The position numbers and the translations under genes are program-made. A stretch of 63,123 nt of DNA, counting the filler, from Sphacelaria rigidula (Eukaryota), in the NCBI GenBank assembly GCA_964200075.2. It is 5 parts of 5 records of this genome, joined end to end, with 100 filler letters (N's around TTAATTAATTAA, not from the genome) between each part and the next. Parts side by side here need not be neighbours in the genome. Positions count along the whole stretch, not along the records: positions 50,583 to 63,123 come from CAXNAA020003649.1; 4 more parts are not named here. One strand, written 5' to 3'. This document shows positions 52,724 through 63,123 of the stretch, piece after piece; the stretch's first letter is position 1; the number at the start of each line of letters is the position of its first letter. The notes beneath the pieces are model-generated. The model did not search any database. It saw nothing but the letters and a program-made list of their open reading frames with translations, and was not told where the DNA came from.

Positions 52724-53510
52724 ATATCGATATTAGTGCTAGTGTTAGTGCTAGACCCCTGCTGGAGAGGATTTCGGCGGAGGAGTCTGGAGCTGTGGGA
52801 AACCTGAGAAAAACACGTAGGCGTGGAAAGGGTTCCAGTTGAGACAGCTGCAGAAAGGCGGTTGGCCTGTGATTGATTCAGACTCGATACTTGCTGAAGC
52901 TGCGTGAAGCGAAAGTATGGACGCTCCTACGACTGTGCGGTGCGGCGACGAAGCAAGGAAGTGCGCAATTCGCGAAAGTCCCCTGGCCTTCGAAAGTTGG
53001 CAGGTAGCCGGTTTCAGCCATGACGACCGGTTCTCGAGGTGCGTCCAGCGTGACGCCCGTGGTCATACGGAAAGAGTTGCGACCTCCCCAATACGGGGAT
53101 AGTTACTCAGAGAGTGCATCTCGCACTTTCTTTGTCAAGTATTTGGAGTACAAGAAGCGTGGGGAGCTCGCTATCGCAGGGGGTGCTGTGCGGCATCAGG
53201 TGGGGCCAATAGCTCAACAAGTGCCAGGTACTGGGCGAAGAGTGTTTTTTCGTTTGGAGCATAAACGGAGCACAATCACCACTCCGCAATTGCTTAGGCG
53301 ATCAAAAAGCATGCTGGGCGTGCGGCGAGCACTTGCCGCTGTTGTGGCCAAATCGACCGTTACGCGCGCGACTGCCCAACGTATTCCAGTGGAGAGTCTG
53401 AGCAGTCTCATGCCGCGCGCCATCAGCATCGTCAGCACAAGGGCGAAATACGAAGTAATCGGGGTGGCGGCGGCGGATTCTCCGGCGGTGGAGGGTCGCA
53501 GTCGAGTTCT

Positions 53511-53548
<38 letters not shown>
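53511..53548 (+). repeat. (CAG)n microsatellite in the gag-like region
   Basis: Directly visible. Confidence 0.9.
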
Positions 53549-53552
<4 letters not shown>

Positions 53553-56500
53553 CACAGGCATCAGCATGGGTCTGGTTCTGGGTCCGGCGCCGCTGTAGGT
53601 GCTGCTGCTCCGCAACGGGCGGTGCAGGTGGGACCGACTTCTATAGTGTCGAACACTGCGCCGGCGCCGGTGGTGGCGCCGGTGGTAACATGGGCAGCAG
53701 CGCCAGGCACGATGCCTGCTGATGCGATGGTCGGGGGTTCACCAAATTCTTGGTCTGCGGGCTGGGGGTCATTCCCGCCGGCGGTGCCGTTTGAACCTGC
53801 CGGGGCGGGGCGTCTTCCCCTGCGCAGCTTGCGCAGCTTGCGTAGCTGTGGCGTCAAGTAGGATTAGCGGCGCCTCGGTCGGCGAATAAAGTACCAGTGG
53901 AGTCTGGGCACAAACACGTTTTTGCAGAGCTGTGTCTTCCCAATCAACGGGAGCGTGGAGCCATTGCGATTCGGGCTAAGTGGGATTCTGACGCCCACTT
54001 GACGGGTCATGTGAGTCTGTCGGTACAGATTGTAGTGATGATAGAGCATCTTCTCCCACGTGTTCTGCTGCGCAAGCCGTTTTGGCTCGGGGCGCGGCAG
54101 GCCGTCACCGCGTCGGGTCAGCATGTTTACGTCACAGAGCGTACTGTTCTACTGCAGCTGACTTTCACGACTTCCTGGGGGCCGGCGCAGTTGCCGCCGA
54201 TCTCGTTTGGGATCATGCCGGGGTCGAATAGCGTCATTCTTATGGGGTTGCCGACGCTCCAGGATCTTGGAGTCGACGCTCGGCGGGTTGTGGGGGTTCA
54301 TGAAGACGCGGATGTCTCCGCCTGGTCCACGCTTGGAGACGCCCGCCTTTTTGGGCAGTTGTCGCGTGAGTTTGTCGGTCGATGCTTTTCAGGAGGCTGG
54401 AGGGCAGGTGACCGAGGAGCGGGGTGCGGCGGTGGAACGCTCGGAAAAGCGCGGCCCGGAGATGTTAATGATTCCGGCGAAAGAGGAGTTCGCTCGGAAG
54501 GTCACGCTGGAGGAGAGCGTGACGGATGCTGGGGCGACAGGCTTCACCCTCTCAATAGCGGAGCGCCTGCGCGGCATATTGCATCGCCACGTCAACTCGT
54601 TTCGTCGTCCCCTGCAGGGTGATCCCCCTGAGCGCGTGGAGCCCATGCGGGTTCAGCTAAAACCTGGGGCGTCCGCGGCGAAGACGGAGCCGCGGCGGTA
54701 CGATCCAGTGGAGTCGAGTTTGTTGGCGGTGTGTACGGCGGCTCTTTTGGCGCTCGGGTTGGTGTTACGTAATTTGCAGGTGGGGTCGTCCAGTCAAAAT
54801 ATGGCTTTTCCGAAGAAGGCTGCATCGTGGACGGAGGGTAGGCTGCAGGCGTGGGCGGCAGCGAAGGATTTGGTGGCTCACGCCGTGACGGTGTTCCATC
54901 CTCGTTCTGATTGCCAGGTGTTTATGTCCGGATGAATCCGAGTGTCATTGGGGTAGTTTGGTTATTCAGGTGCCTATAGTTGAGATGCAAATGCCTATGA
55001 GCTCTGTGGCTGTGTATGGTCCCTGTAAACTTAATGAGTCGATGCGATCCAAATCTGTTGTCCGTCAAGCGCAACGAAAAGACCTTGGGGCCGAAGATGC
55101 GGATGTGCGAAATTTCGAGTCGGTATCTTGGACAATGAAGGTCTACTTCGTGTGCATGTGCGTGGCCGAAACGTTTTGTGGATTCCGAGTTCTGACAAGC
55201 GGTTGCAGCTTCGTCTGATGATATGCGCACACATGCGCGACGCCAGGCATCGTGGTGTGGCTGCGACGCTCGTGCGCTTGCAAGAGTTTTGTGTCTGGCA
55301 AGGGATAGCAACTCATGTGCGCGAATTTCCACTAGTGTCTTCACTGTGCTGACTCGAGGGCGGGCGATGTTGTTCCCCGCTCGCTCGGCGAAATGGTCCA
55401 TGGGACCACGCCGAATGAAGACGTTCATTTGGACTTCTTGTACGTGGGCGAGAGTGGCCCGCTAGGTTCGCAAGGTTTGTCGGAGGATGCTGAGTTTCGG
55501 TTTATTTTGGTAATCATGGATGATTTTAGCAACCTTGTGTCTCTGGAACCAGTAGCAGTGTGTACTGCTGAATCAACTGCTGCACCTCTGCGAAATTGGT
55601 GCGAAACTTTGGGGGTGCCGCGTGTGTGGGTGAGTGATACCATCACGCATTTCAAGAATGCGATCTTGGCCTGATTGCGAGAGGGTTTGCACGTTGATCA
55701 CCAGTTTGCGGTGGCGTATTCTCCGTGGTCCAACAGCACGTGCAAACGCAGGTCAATGAAGTAGTTCGTGCGCTTCGCTCTATTCTTCTCGAGCAGCGCA
55801 GAGCGGTTTCCGAGTGGGTGGATGTGTTGCCTGCGGTGCAATGGGCACTTACTACAGCGCATCGTCGTCGTTACGATAGTACACCGTACCACGTGATGTT
55901 TGGTCGTGCTCCTCGGACGCCTTTCTCGGTGTTGGCGTCTTCGTCGGCGGGAGAATGGAAGTGTGATGTCTTGGACGATGTTCAAATTAAGAGTGCATTG
56001 CAAGGAGTCTTGGACTTGCAAGGACGTTTCCACGTTCAAGTGCAGGAACGTGTTGTCGCTGAAAGTGCGCGTAGGCGTGAGGGATCTTCGCCGGGGCTGG
56101 AACTGCCGAATTTCTACGTCGGAGACCATGTCTTGTATGTACGCGTCGTCCGGGTGTAACGCCGAAGTCGATAGCAACGTGAACTGATCCATGGAAAGTG
56201 GTTGGTGCTCACCACCCGCACGTGTTTGAGATTCAGAACATTGTTTCGGGTCGTGTCCAGGCCGCCCATGTAACTCGTTTGCGTTTTCATGCAGACTCGC
56301 AGCTTAATGTTACGACTGACGTCGAGGACGTGTTCCAGCACGCTTTCAACCAGGGGCAATTTCAGATGGCTGGTATTGTTCGAGTGGCAGAAGCAGACGA
56401 TCGTTCGTTGATCGTGTTGGTCGACTGGGTTGGTTTCGAAGTTGAGGAGCGTACGTGGGAGCCTTTTATGTATAGGTTTGAGGCCGCTCCGGAAGTTCTT

Positions 56501-56651
56501 ACGAAGGAGTTGCGTAAATTGCGCGTGACTCGTGCCATTGCTACTCGCATTACGAGCGAGTTTGGTGTTCAGTCGTGACTGACTCATCGTTTTGGCGTTT
56601 TCTATGTGTCGAGCTTGTCGATTGATTTCGTCCAACGCGCTTGGGGGGTGT

Positions 56652-56898
56652 TGTGACGAAAATACGTCGTTACGTTGAGTTGGTAAAGATGCTCGGGATA
56701 ATGACCGTTGGTAGCGATGATCTGGAAAATGACCGGGGACACTAGGTTGATGCCCGGCGTGTCTAGAAGGTTGCCTCGGAACGGCACTCCTGATGATCTG
56801 AGATGTTGCAAAGGCTGACACCTGAAACTGGGGCCAGCGAGACTGGGGAGTCCCTCAACAGCCGTGATCCACCAGTCCTTCTTCTGGCTGGTGTCGTA
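56652..56898 (+). repeat. 3' LTR (with short internal duplication)
   Basis: tgtgacgaaaatac...gatccaccagtccttcttctggctggtgtcgta. Confidence 0.92.
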
Positions 56899-58309
56899 TG
56901 TCTGATTTTCAACGGCACTTGTTCCAAGAAGAAAAGGAATTTGCCTCGAGAAACGGCAACTCCACTCCTCGAAAAGTACCGCGGAACACTACCTATTCTC
57001 CCTCCCCTCCCAGAGAGAACTCCGTGACGCCACCAAGCAAACCCGACCCTGAACCCCACCAGAAAAAGACCAACCCAACTCGACAAGGTACCCGGCCTAC
57101 GGCCACCAGGAGCGGAGCCGGACACTGAATCACCCCTACGGTAAGCACCACCACCATACATTCCTTTTCCCCGTTTAACCCCCCCTTTACCATGTTAAGT
57201 CCCATTTTTATTCTGCCCTCTCCCACCTTCATCAATGCTTGCTTTTATCGATTGAAATCTTATTTTTTGCTTTCAACATACCTTAGTGCAATCGCCAGCC
57301 TCCACGCTTGTTCACGTCTCATCGTTCCTTTACTCTGCCCCTTGCCTACCTTCTTTTTACTGCGATGCGTTCCAGACCCAGATGCCTAAACTCAAAATAT
57401 GACCGACTTTTTCACATCTGATATCATTCACGTCAGCTGTCGGCAGCATCTGTGACTGTTCAGCGGCTTTGTTTCTTCTGATTTTGGGCTCCGGTTCGTT
57501 CGGCATCGTGCGTCTTCTGTGCCTGAGCTTCATCTTTACTCGTACAGAAACGTGGTGAAATCGAGTTCCACCAACTGTGCCTACTCTTTCTTTTTCCCGG
57601 CGATTTTGGGGGCCATGAGGGGACGTACTGATTTCTTACAAATGGGGGGAGGGGGGGGGAGAGTGTCCTGAATTCTATATGAAGCTAGTTCAAACATGAC
57701 GAATCACCTGATATCAGAGCGGTAAGAGCAAGTTTATCAAACTTGGATTAGCTCAGAGAAATTAGTTACACTGGACTAGTAATATAGGGTGATCAAGTCG
57801 CTTGATATTGATGTTGAGTCAAATCAGTTGGTCTTTCAATTGAGGCTTCGGTGATGAAGCCATTTCCGTACTTCCTTGAACCTGGAATCTTTTCCGACAT
57901 CACTAGGTCTATTAGGGGTTGGTTCTTGTTCCCTGCGACGTTTAGATTCCCGCGTATGCTGTTATTACACTTTTATCCAGCAGTAGGTGGTAAGTTGCTC
58001 GTCTTGATCACACGCCGGTAGTTTTTTATCTTGCAGTGTTTTCCTTGTAGTTCGATCGGTTTTGCGGACCCACTCTTTTCGTGTACCGTTTTTGTGTGAA
58101 GACTTCCTCTGTTATCTCTCGGTTTTATGGCTATGGGTAATAATCTCCTTGCACCCCGTGACCACGGATCGGAGAGATGGGGCTGATGTGTCCAACAAAT
58201 GGAGCTGATGTGACGTGGGCTCTAAAAATAGAAGATGACAGTACCCCGCCGGTGGGAGTTGAGATGCAATGTGCCCGTGCCATGTCTTTTGCGCATGAAT
58301 TACACTCAA

Positions 58310-58605
58310 CAGTGTTTCCGCGAGATTGAGAGTAGAGGATACGATTGAGAGTGAAAATCGGTCAACATGCAAATTAGTCGTTTCAGTTTCGAAATGCCTC
58401 TCCACGAGGCCCAATATGCTTTCTGTGGTAGCTTGCGACTGAGGTCCTTAATATTCCTGAGTAGGATATCGATGTGCAGCTGTGAGCTCACGCAAGTGCT
58501 AAAAGAAACGAAAAGCACACACGGAATGAAAAATGGGCCAAGTTAAAGCGAGTGATCAACACTACTCTCAATCAGCGCTCTACTTTCAATCTCATGAAAA
58601 CGTTG
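58310..58605 (-). mobile_element. ~295-bp MITE with hAT-like termini, copy 2
   Basis: TIRs cagtgtttccgcgagattgagagtagag / ctctactttcaatctcatgaaaacgttg; homologous to 10927-11220. Confidence 0.82.
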
Positions 58606-58720
58606 TTACTCGTGCCGTGCCTTCCTCAACTTTCCGTTACAAAACAAATCCTCAAAGGACGGGCACGGCGTTTAAACTAGTCGCGGTGCTATAGACAATG
58701 ATAACTTCACAAACATGAAA

Positions 58721-59844
58721 CAGAGGATCGTGAATAATAGGGTCCATCTAAAAAATGAGGTACAAGTGGCATATCGTTTTACAGGGACGACGCGAAACAG
58801 TAACACAGAGCGAAACCATAATTACCCCCCAAAGCTCTGCGGCAGTAAATTACCAGTTCTGGCTAAATATGCACCGAACGACTGCGGTGTACACGCGTGT
58901 CGATGACGATATCACCAGAGAGGGAAGCAACGACAGAAAGAAAGCTCCTCGCCCGTGTCCTTTGTGTGCTCTCGCTTGGCGGTTACCGATCGCTCGAGAG
59001 ATTGGTATCATGCATGTTACCAGCACGTACTGAATTTCTCATGTGCCGATAGGTATCCTCAAAGAACATTGAGCTGCGGAGAGATTTCGTCTCTTTGTCT
59101 CTGGAGGTCACCGATGCGAAGATCGATTTCTCTCTGCCTCTCGTTTTGGACAGGACGCGCCTCTGTGCGCTGAAAATAGGGTAATGTTTCCGTTAACGCT
59201 ACTACTGTGCTCTGTCACACATATGCCAGCAAGAACGGTGCTGCGGCACACATAGCAGATGATCCAATGTAGACTTGGGGGGTGATATTCACCGTTGATT
59301 TTACCCTGACATATCTGACTATCATGGCGCCCGACCACAAGAGCCTGCCACAGGCTAGTTGGGGTGTTTGTGTGAAGAGATCAAACACTTGTAGAGACCC
59401 TCTTGACATGCGGAGTGAAAACAGATACCGATGGTGGTGACCTAACTGTTGCTAGCGTGGTGCAGAGGGATGCGTCAGCTGCAATCTGGAGCTTTCGTTG
59501 CTCTACTCTACTGACTCCCGTCTGCAAAGCGTATGCCGAGAGGTCACACACGGTAACAACATGTTATCATGTACCCAAAATCGAACCAGCTATTGTATGA
59601 AAACAAGGAGGTCGTCTTTCGAAACTACATCCAGACGACCGAAATGGCGTATATAATGTCATCGACACGCGTGTACACCGCAGTCGTTCGGTGCACATTT
59701 AGCCAGAGCTGGTAATTCACTGCCGCAGAGTTTGGGGGGCAAATATGATTTCGCTCTGTGTTACTGTTTCGCGTCGTCCCTGCAAAAACGATATGCCACT
59801 TGAACCTCATTTTTTAGATGGACCCTATTATTCACGATCCGCTG
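58721..59844. mobile_element. Non-autonomous DNA element with ~190-bp terminal inverted repeats (foldback/MULE-like)
   Basis: 58721-58907 is a near-perfect reverse complement of ~59658-59844 (cagaggatcgtgaataatagggtccatctaaaaaatgagg...). Interior non-coding; no clear TSD. Confidence 0.8.
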
Positions 59845-60576
59845 TTATAAGGTGATCAACGTGATGACGTACGAGGAGGACATACGCACTGCCCATGAAA
59901 CCCCACACCACTGCATGAACAGAGGGTGTGAATTGCTGGAAGCAATTATGTTCTTGAAGTCAATCCCGAACGGTTGGTGTGGCACTTGTCGAACATCGAT
60001 CGTAATTAATATGACAGATTTCATTAATGCACATAACTTTCGGTTATACACCGGCATACACCAGTTATTGTCCCTTCTATATATACCTGGTTTTTGAGGG
60101 CCAACCATTTCGTTTGTATCGCTCGGTTGAAGGGAGAACTCGACAGAAGCGCCACCCGTCGAGCATTTGCTTGACGCTTCTTTGGTGTGTTGGTAAATTG
60201 ACTTCGAAGGGGCACATGACGCTTGGCGACTTTATCACAAGAACGATACGAGCTGTACAATCCGCATCCACCGCGTAGTCAGTGTGGTTTGTATACTGTA
60301 TGTACGATGGAGGTGGGTGAGAACGTGCACTCTTCAAGCAGCACCCGCACGATTGGGGTTGTTGAGTGATTCGTCGACACACAAGCCACCCCAGAATGTA
60401 AAGTTTGGCCGACGTTGGGCATTTGCGTGAGGGCCAAAGATTGTCTTTGCCGCACACGGTTCAAATGTCAGGAGTAAGGAGATCACCCCCAAAATAAGAG
60501 TTGGCAGGGGCCGAGCCTCGAGAGCTAGTGGGTCGGACAGACGAATGAATTGTGATTTTCCGTCATGGAGCCAATA

Positions 60577-60735
60577 GTGTGTGCGTTTTCTCATCTATTC
60601 CTTACCCGAATCGACATCATTCATTATGTGTGCGCGCATCAGCCGGGATCACACAGAAGGAAGGTCAACACAGCTCTTTTTCTTTGTTTTTGTACTCCAA
60701 CTCACGTCTGCGGTGCTTGCCTTACTTGTTTAGTG
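60577..60735 (-). mobile_element. tRNA-SINE 3' fragment
   Basis: gcgcatcagccgggatcacacagaaggaaggtcaacacag matches the SINE body at 61075-61115. Confidence 0.7.
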
Positions 60736-61012
60736 CACCGCAGAATATATTACAATCGATTAGCGGTCGCGGTTTGCCTTTAAGTGGGAGGATTTGTTTG
60801 CCCACTGTGCCCCGTGGGGGTCGTCGATGCAGTGACCGAGAAGTGTGACAACAGGAGCTGTCCCAAACGACCATCCAACAATGCAGCAGGGAACCGGCAG
60901 CCGGAAGCCAGATTTCTACACCAAGCACGTGCGGGGGAAGATAGTCCGTCTCATGAACTATCTAGTATATCACGGCGCAAGCAATTTATATGTGGACTCA
61001 CTGGTAGTGTTT

Positions 61013-61363
61013 TGTGTGTGTGTCTTGTCATCCCGTCTATGATGGGCGCCAGTCTACACCTTTCTGTATATGTGGGCGCATCAGCCGGGGTCACACAGGA
61101 GGAAGGCCAACACAGTCTTTTTTTTTTCCTTCTCAGATTCCACCTTTCTTCCGCGGTGGCTGACTTTAATTTTTATCGCGAGAGAGCCTCAGCAGTTCCG
61201 TTCTCTCGTCGACCATGAAGTCGACTTTTGTGTACCCACGACAGAATCGCTCTCCACCGTTGAGCATTGTGTGAGAACATCCCAGATCGCGTGACTGCAC
61301 CGAGACTCGAACCCACGACCCACCCGTCAGAGGGTTTCAAGGTTACCAACTGAGCCACCGGGC
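61013..61363 (-). mobile_element. tRNA-derived SINE, copy 3
   Basis: Reverse complement starts gcccggtggctcagttggtaacc...gtcgtgggttcgagtctcgg and ends in (CA)n. Confidence 0.88.
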
Positions 61364-61916
61364 TACTGAACGTCATTTGTTTCACGTGGTCAAGACTCAA
61401 CTAATCACATGGGTACATCGTTCACCGACCGACATGAAACGACCAAAACGTAGCGTCTAAAGAAGGAATATCGAAAAACGAAAAGTAAGGGTGCCGCAAA
61501 GGTTGGTGACCCAACTACCGCGCGGGATCCTCGAAAATAGGAAGTATATTATTTTCTGTTTGGAACGAATAGAGGTCAACGTACCAATTAAGGTACGCTT
61601 AAGGCACCTGACGGGAAAAACTCTGGTTCGTGGACACCACGACACGTAGAAGAATGCCCAGAGTATCCGGAGAGAGGTAATGTAATAGTTTATTACCTAA
61701 GCTTCTCAAAACTGAAAGATAATCAAACCAAGTCTCAGTATTAGATGTGGAGTATGGCTCCATTGACGTAAAAAATGGGGCAAAAACACCCCCTGTTTCA
61801 ATTACGGTACACTTTACGCAGCAGTTGATTTCTCGCGACCGTAGACGTCTCAGATCTTCTCCTTGGTAAAAATGTTTATGAGATTAGTGCGATTCGTTTT
61901 CGAAAGAAAAAAATTA

Positions 61917-62970
61917 ATCCGGGGATGAAAATCGCCCATCCCCTGTTTTTCGGAACAAATTTCGCCATTGAGTCGGTGTCTGGCGACGCCGTACTCGACA
62001 AAAACTAATGCTGTTTTTTTTTCTTTTTCAACCCATCGAAATACGTTTTGATAGTAATCTCCCAATATGTGGTGCTCATCGGTTGTGATTAAGGTACTCT
62101 ATCACGCACGTTGAGTTGTGCCCCCTAATCGTTCATTTTTCACTAGAGATCGATAATGACTACGAAAATGAGACACCTGGGACGTTTCGGACCTCCTCTT
62201 TTGGTACAAATGTGTATGACACTAGTGCAGTCCATATATATCAAAAACAAATCCGGGGATAAAAATTGCCTATCCCCTGGTTTTCGGAACAAATTTCGCC
62301 ATTAAATCTGTGCTTGGCAACGCCGTACTCGACGAAAACGTTTTTTTCTTTCACTGCTTCATTTACCCATCGAAATACGTTTTGACAGTAATCTCCCAAA
62401 ATCTGGTGTTCATGCCTTACGATTAAGGTACTATGACGCACGTTGAGTGATGCCCCCTGATCACCAGAAATCGACAATGCTGCGAAAATGGAACACCTAG
62501 AGCCAGGACGTTCCAGATATTTTCCTCCGGCACAAACATTTACGCATCGCAATACATCACCATGCCTCACGACGCATCACTTTCTGGCACCAAAGAGGGG
62601 AAAGAGGCAATTCGGGGAATAAATTGTCCTATCCCCGGATTTTCGGAACAGAGTTGAGCATTCTTTTCCGTGTTTAGCAACGCCAAACTCGACGAACACG
62701 TGCGCAGAGCTCTAAGCTTTCTGTTTGTTCAGAGCTACCCAACCAAGTGGGAATCGTTTCGACACAATTGTCGCCAAAATTGGTGTTTGATGGATGTGAC
62801 CGACTTGCAATGAAACACGTCTGCTGCCCCCCCGCCCCCCCACACACGTGGTCAATGGTCAGACGACTAAGGCAAGCAACACATCATGAGAACGCCCCCT
62901 CCCACACACACACACACAACATTCTCGCCAAAATCGACAACGACTACGAGAACGGCAGACGTTGCTCGCA
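61917..62970. repeat. Three degenerate tandem units of ~335-360 bp
   Basis: Units start at ~61917, ~62251 and ~62611 with ccggggat...atcccc..ttttcggaacaaatttcgccatt...cgccgtactcgac. Confidence 0.85.
62846..62903 (+). repeat. Solo terminal module of the C-tailed element (partial), within the third tandem unit
   Basis: cgtggtcaatggtcagacgactaaggcaagcaacacatcatgagaacgccccctccc, preceded by a C-run. Confidence 0.8.
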
Positions 62971-63123
62971 GACAGCAGCGAGCCCGAAACAGAGTAAGCC
63001 AAGCAGCGAAAACTTCGCCTAATCTTTCTCGGCGATCACCTTCGACGCCCTGATCCCTTGCGGAGTAACACCTACGGCGAAGATATCGACGAGTGGCGGG
63101 TGTAAGGGGCGCGCGCGGGGGGG

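Larger units (their letters stand above)
52507..56898 (+). mobile_element. Ty3/Gypsy LTR retrotransposon with chromodomain integrase; non-autonomous (RT core and most of RNase H missing)
   Basis: LTRs 52507-52723 (TGT...ACA) and 56652-56898; G-rich PPT-like tract before the 3' LTR; 4-bp TSD tgtc at 52503-52506 and 56899-56902. Integrase motifs ICAHMRDARHRG, VHLDFLYVG, ILVIMDDFS, WVSD; chromodomain VLVDWVGFEVEERTWEP. Several frameshifts and stops. Confidence 0.93.

Noticed and set aside
61917-62970. CRISPR-like array
   Set aside because: Units are ~340-bp degenerate whole repeats with no unique spacers, no cas genes, and a eukaryotic context.

Overview
Eukaryotic genomic DNA, most likely from a brown alga (Phaeophyceae). 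This is inferred from intron-rich GT-AG genes and the transposon repertoire, not from a database match. The window is not one locus. It is five contigs of 12548, 12547, 12544, 12543 and 12541 bp, in descending size order, joined by artificial 100-bp linkers (N44-TTAATTAATTAA-N44). Contig 1 holds a 10-exon formylglycine-type sulfatase in which one catalytic His appears replaced by Arg. Contig 2 holds the last exon of an LC8 dynein light chain, with a ~490-bp foldback in the upstream intron. It also holds a convergent gene of >2000 aa with three C2 domains, four IQ motifs and a 4.8-kb exon. Contig 3 holds internal exons of an unidentified gene, with an RTE-type LINE and tRNA-derived SINEs in its introns. 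Contigs 4 and 5 are mostly transposon debris: an intron-containing hAT transposase, hAT MITEs, a DIRS/Ngaro remnant, two internally deleted Ty3/Gypsy elements, a long-TIR element and a ~340-bp tandem repeat. The most unusual signal is a non-coding ~630-bp element with C-tailed terminal direct repeats, whose ~80-bp terminal module occurs in all five contigs, both as part of the element and as solo copies. There is no CRISPR array and no prokaryotic system.
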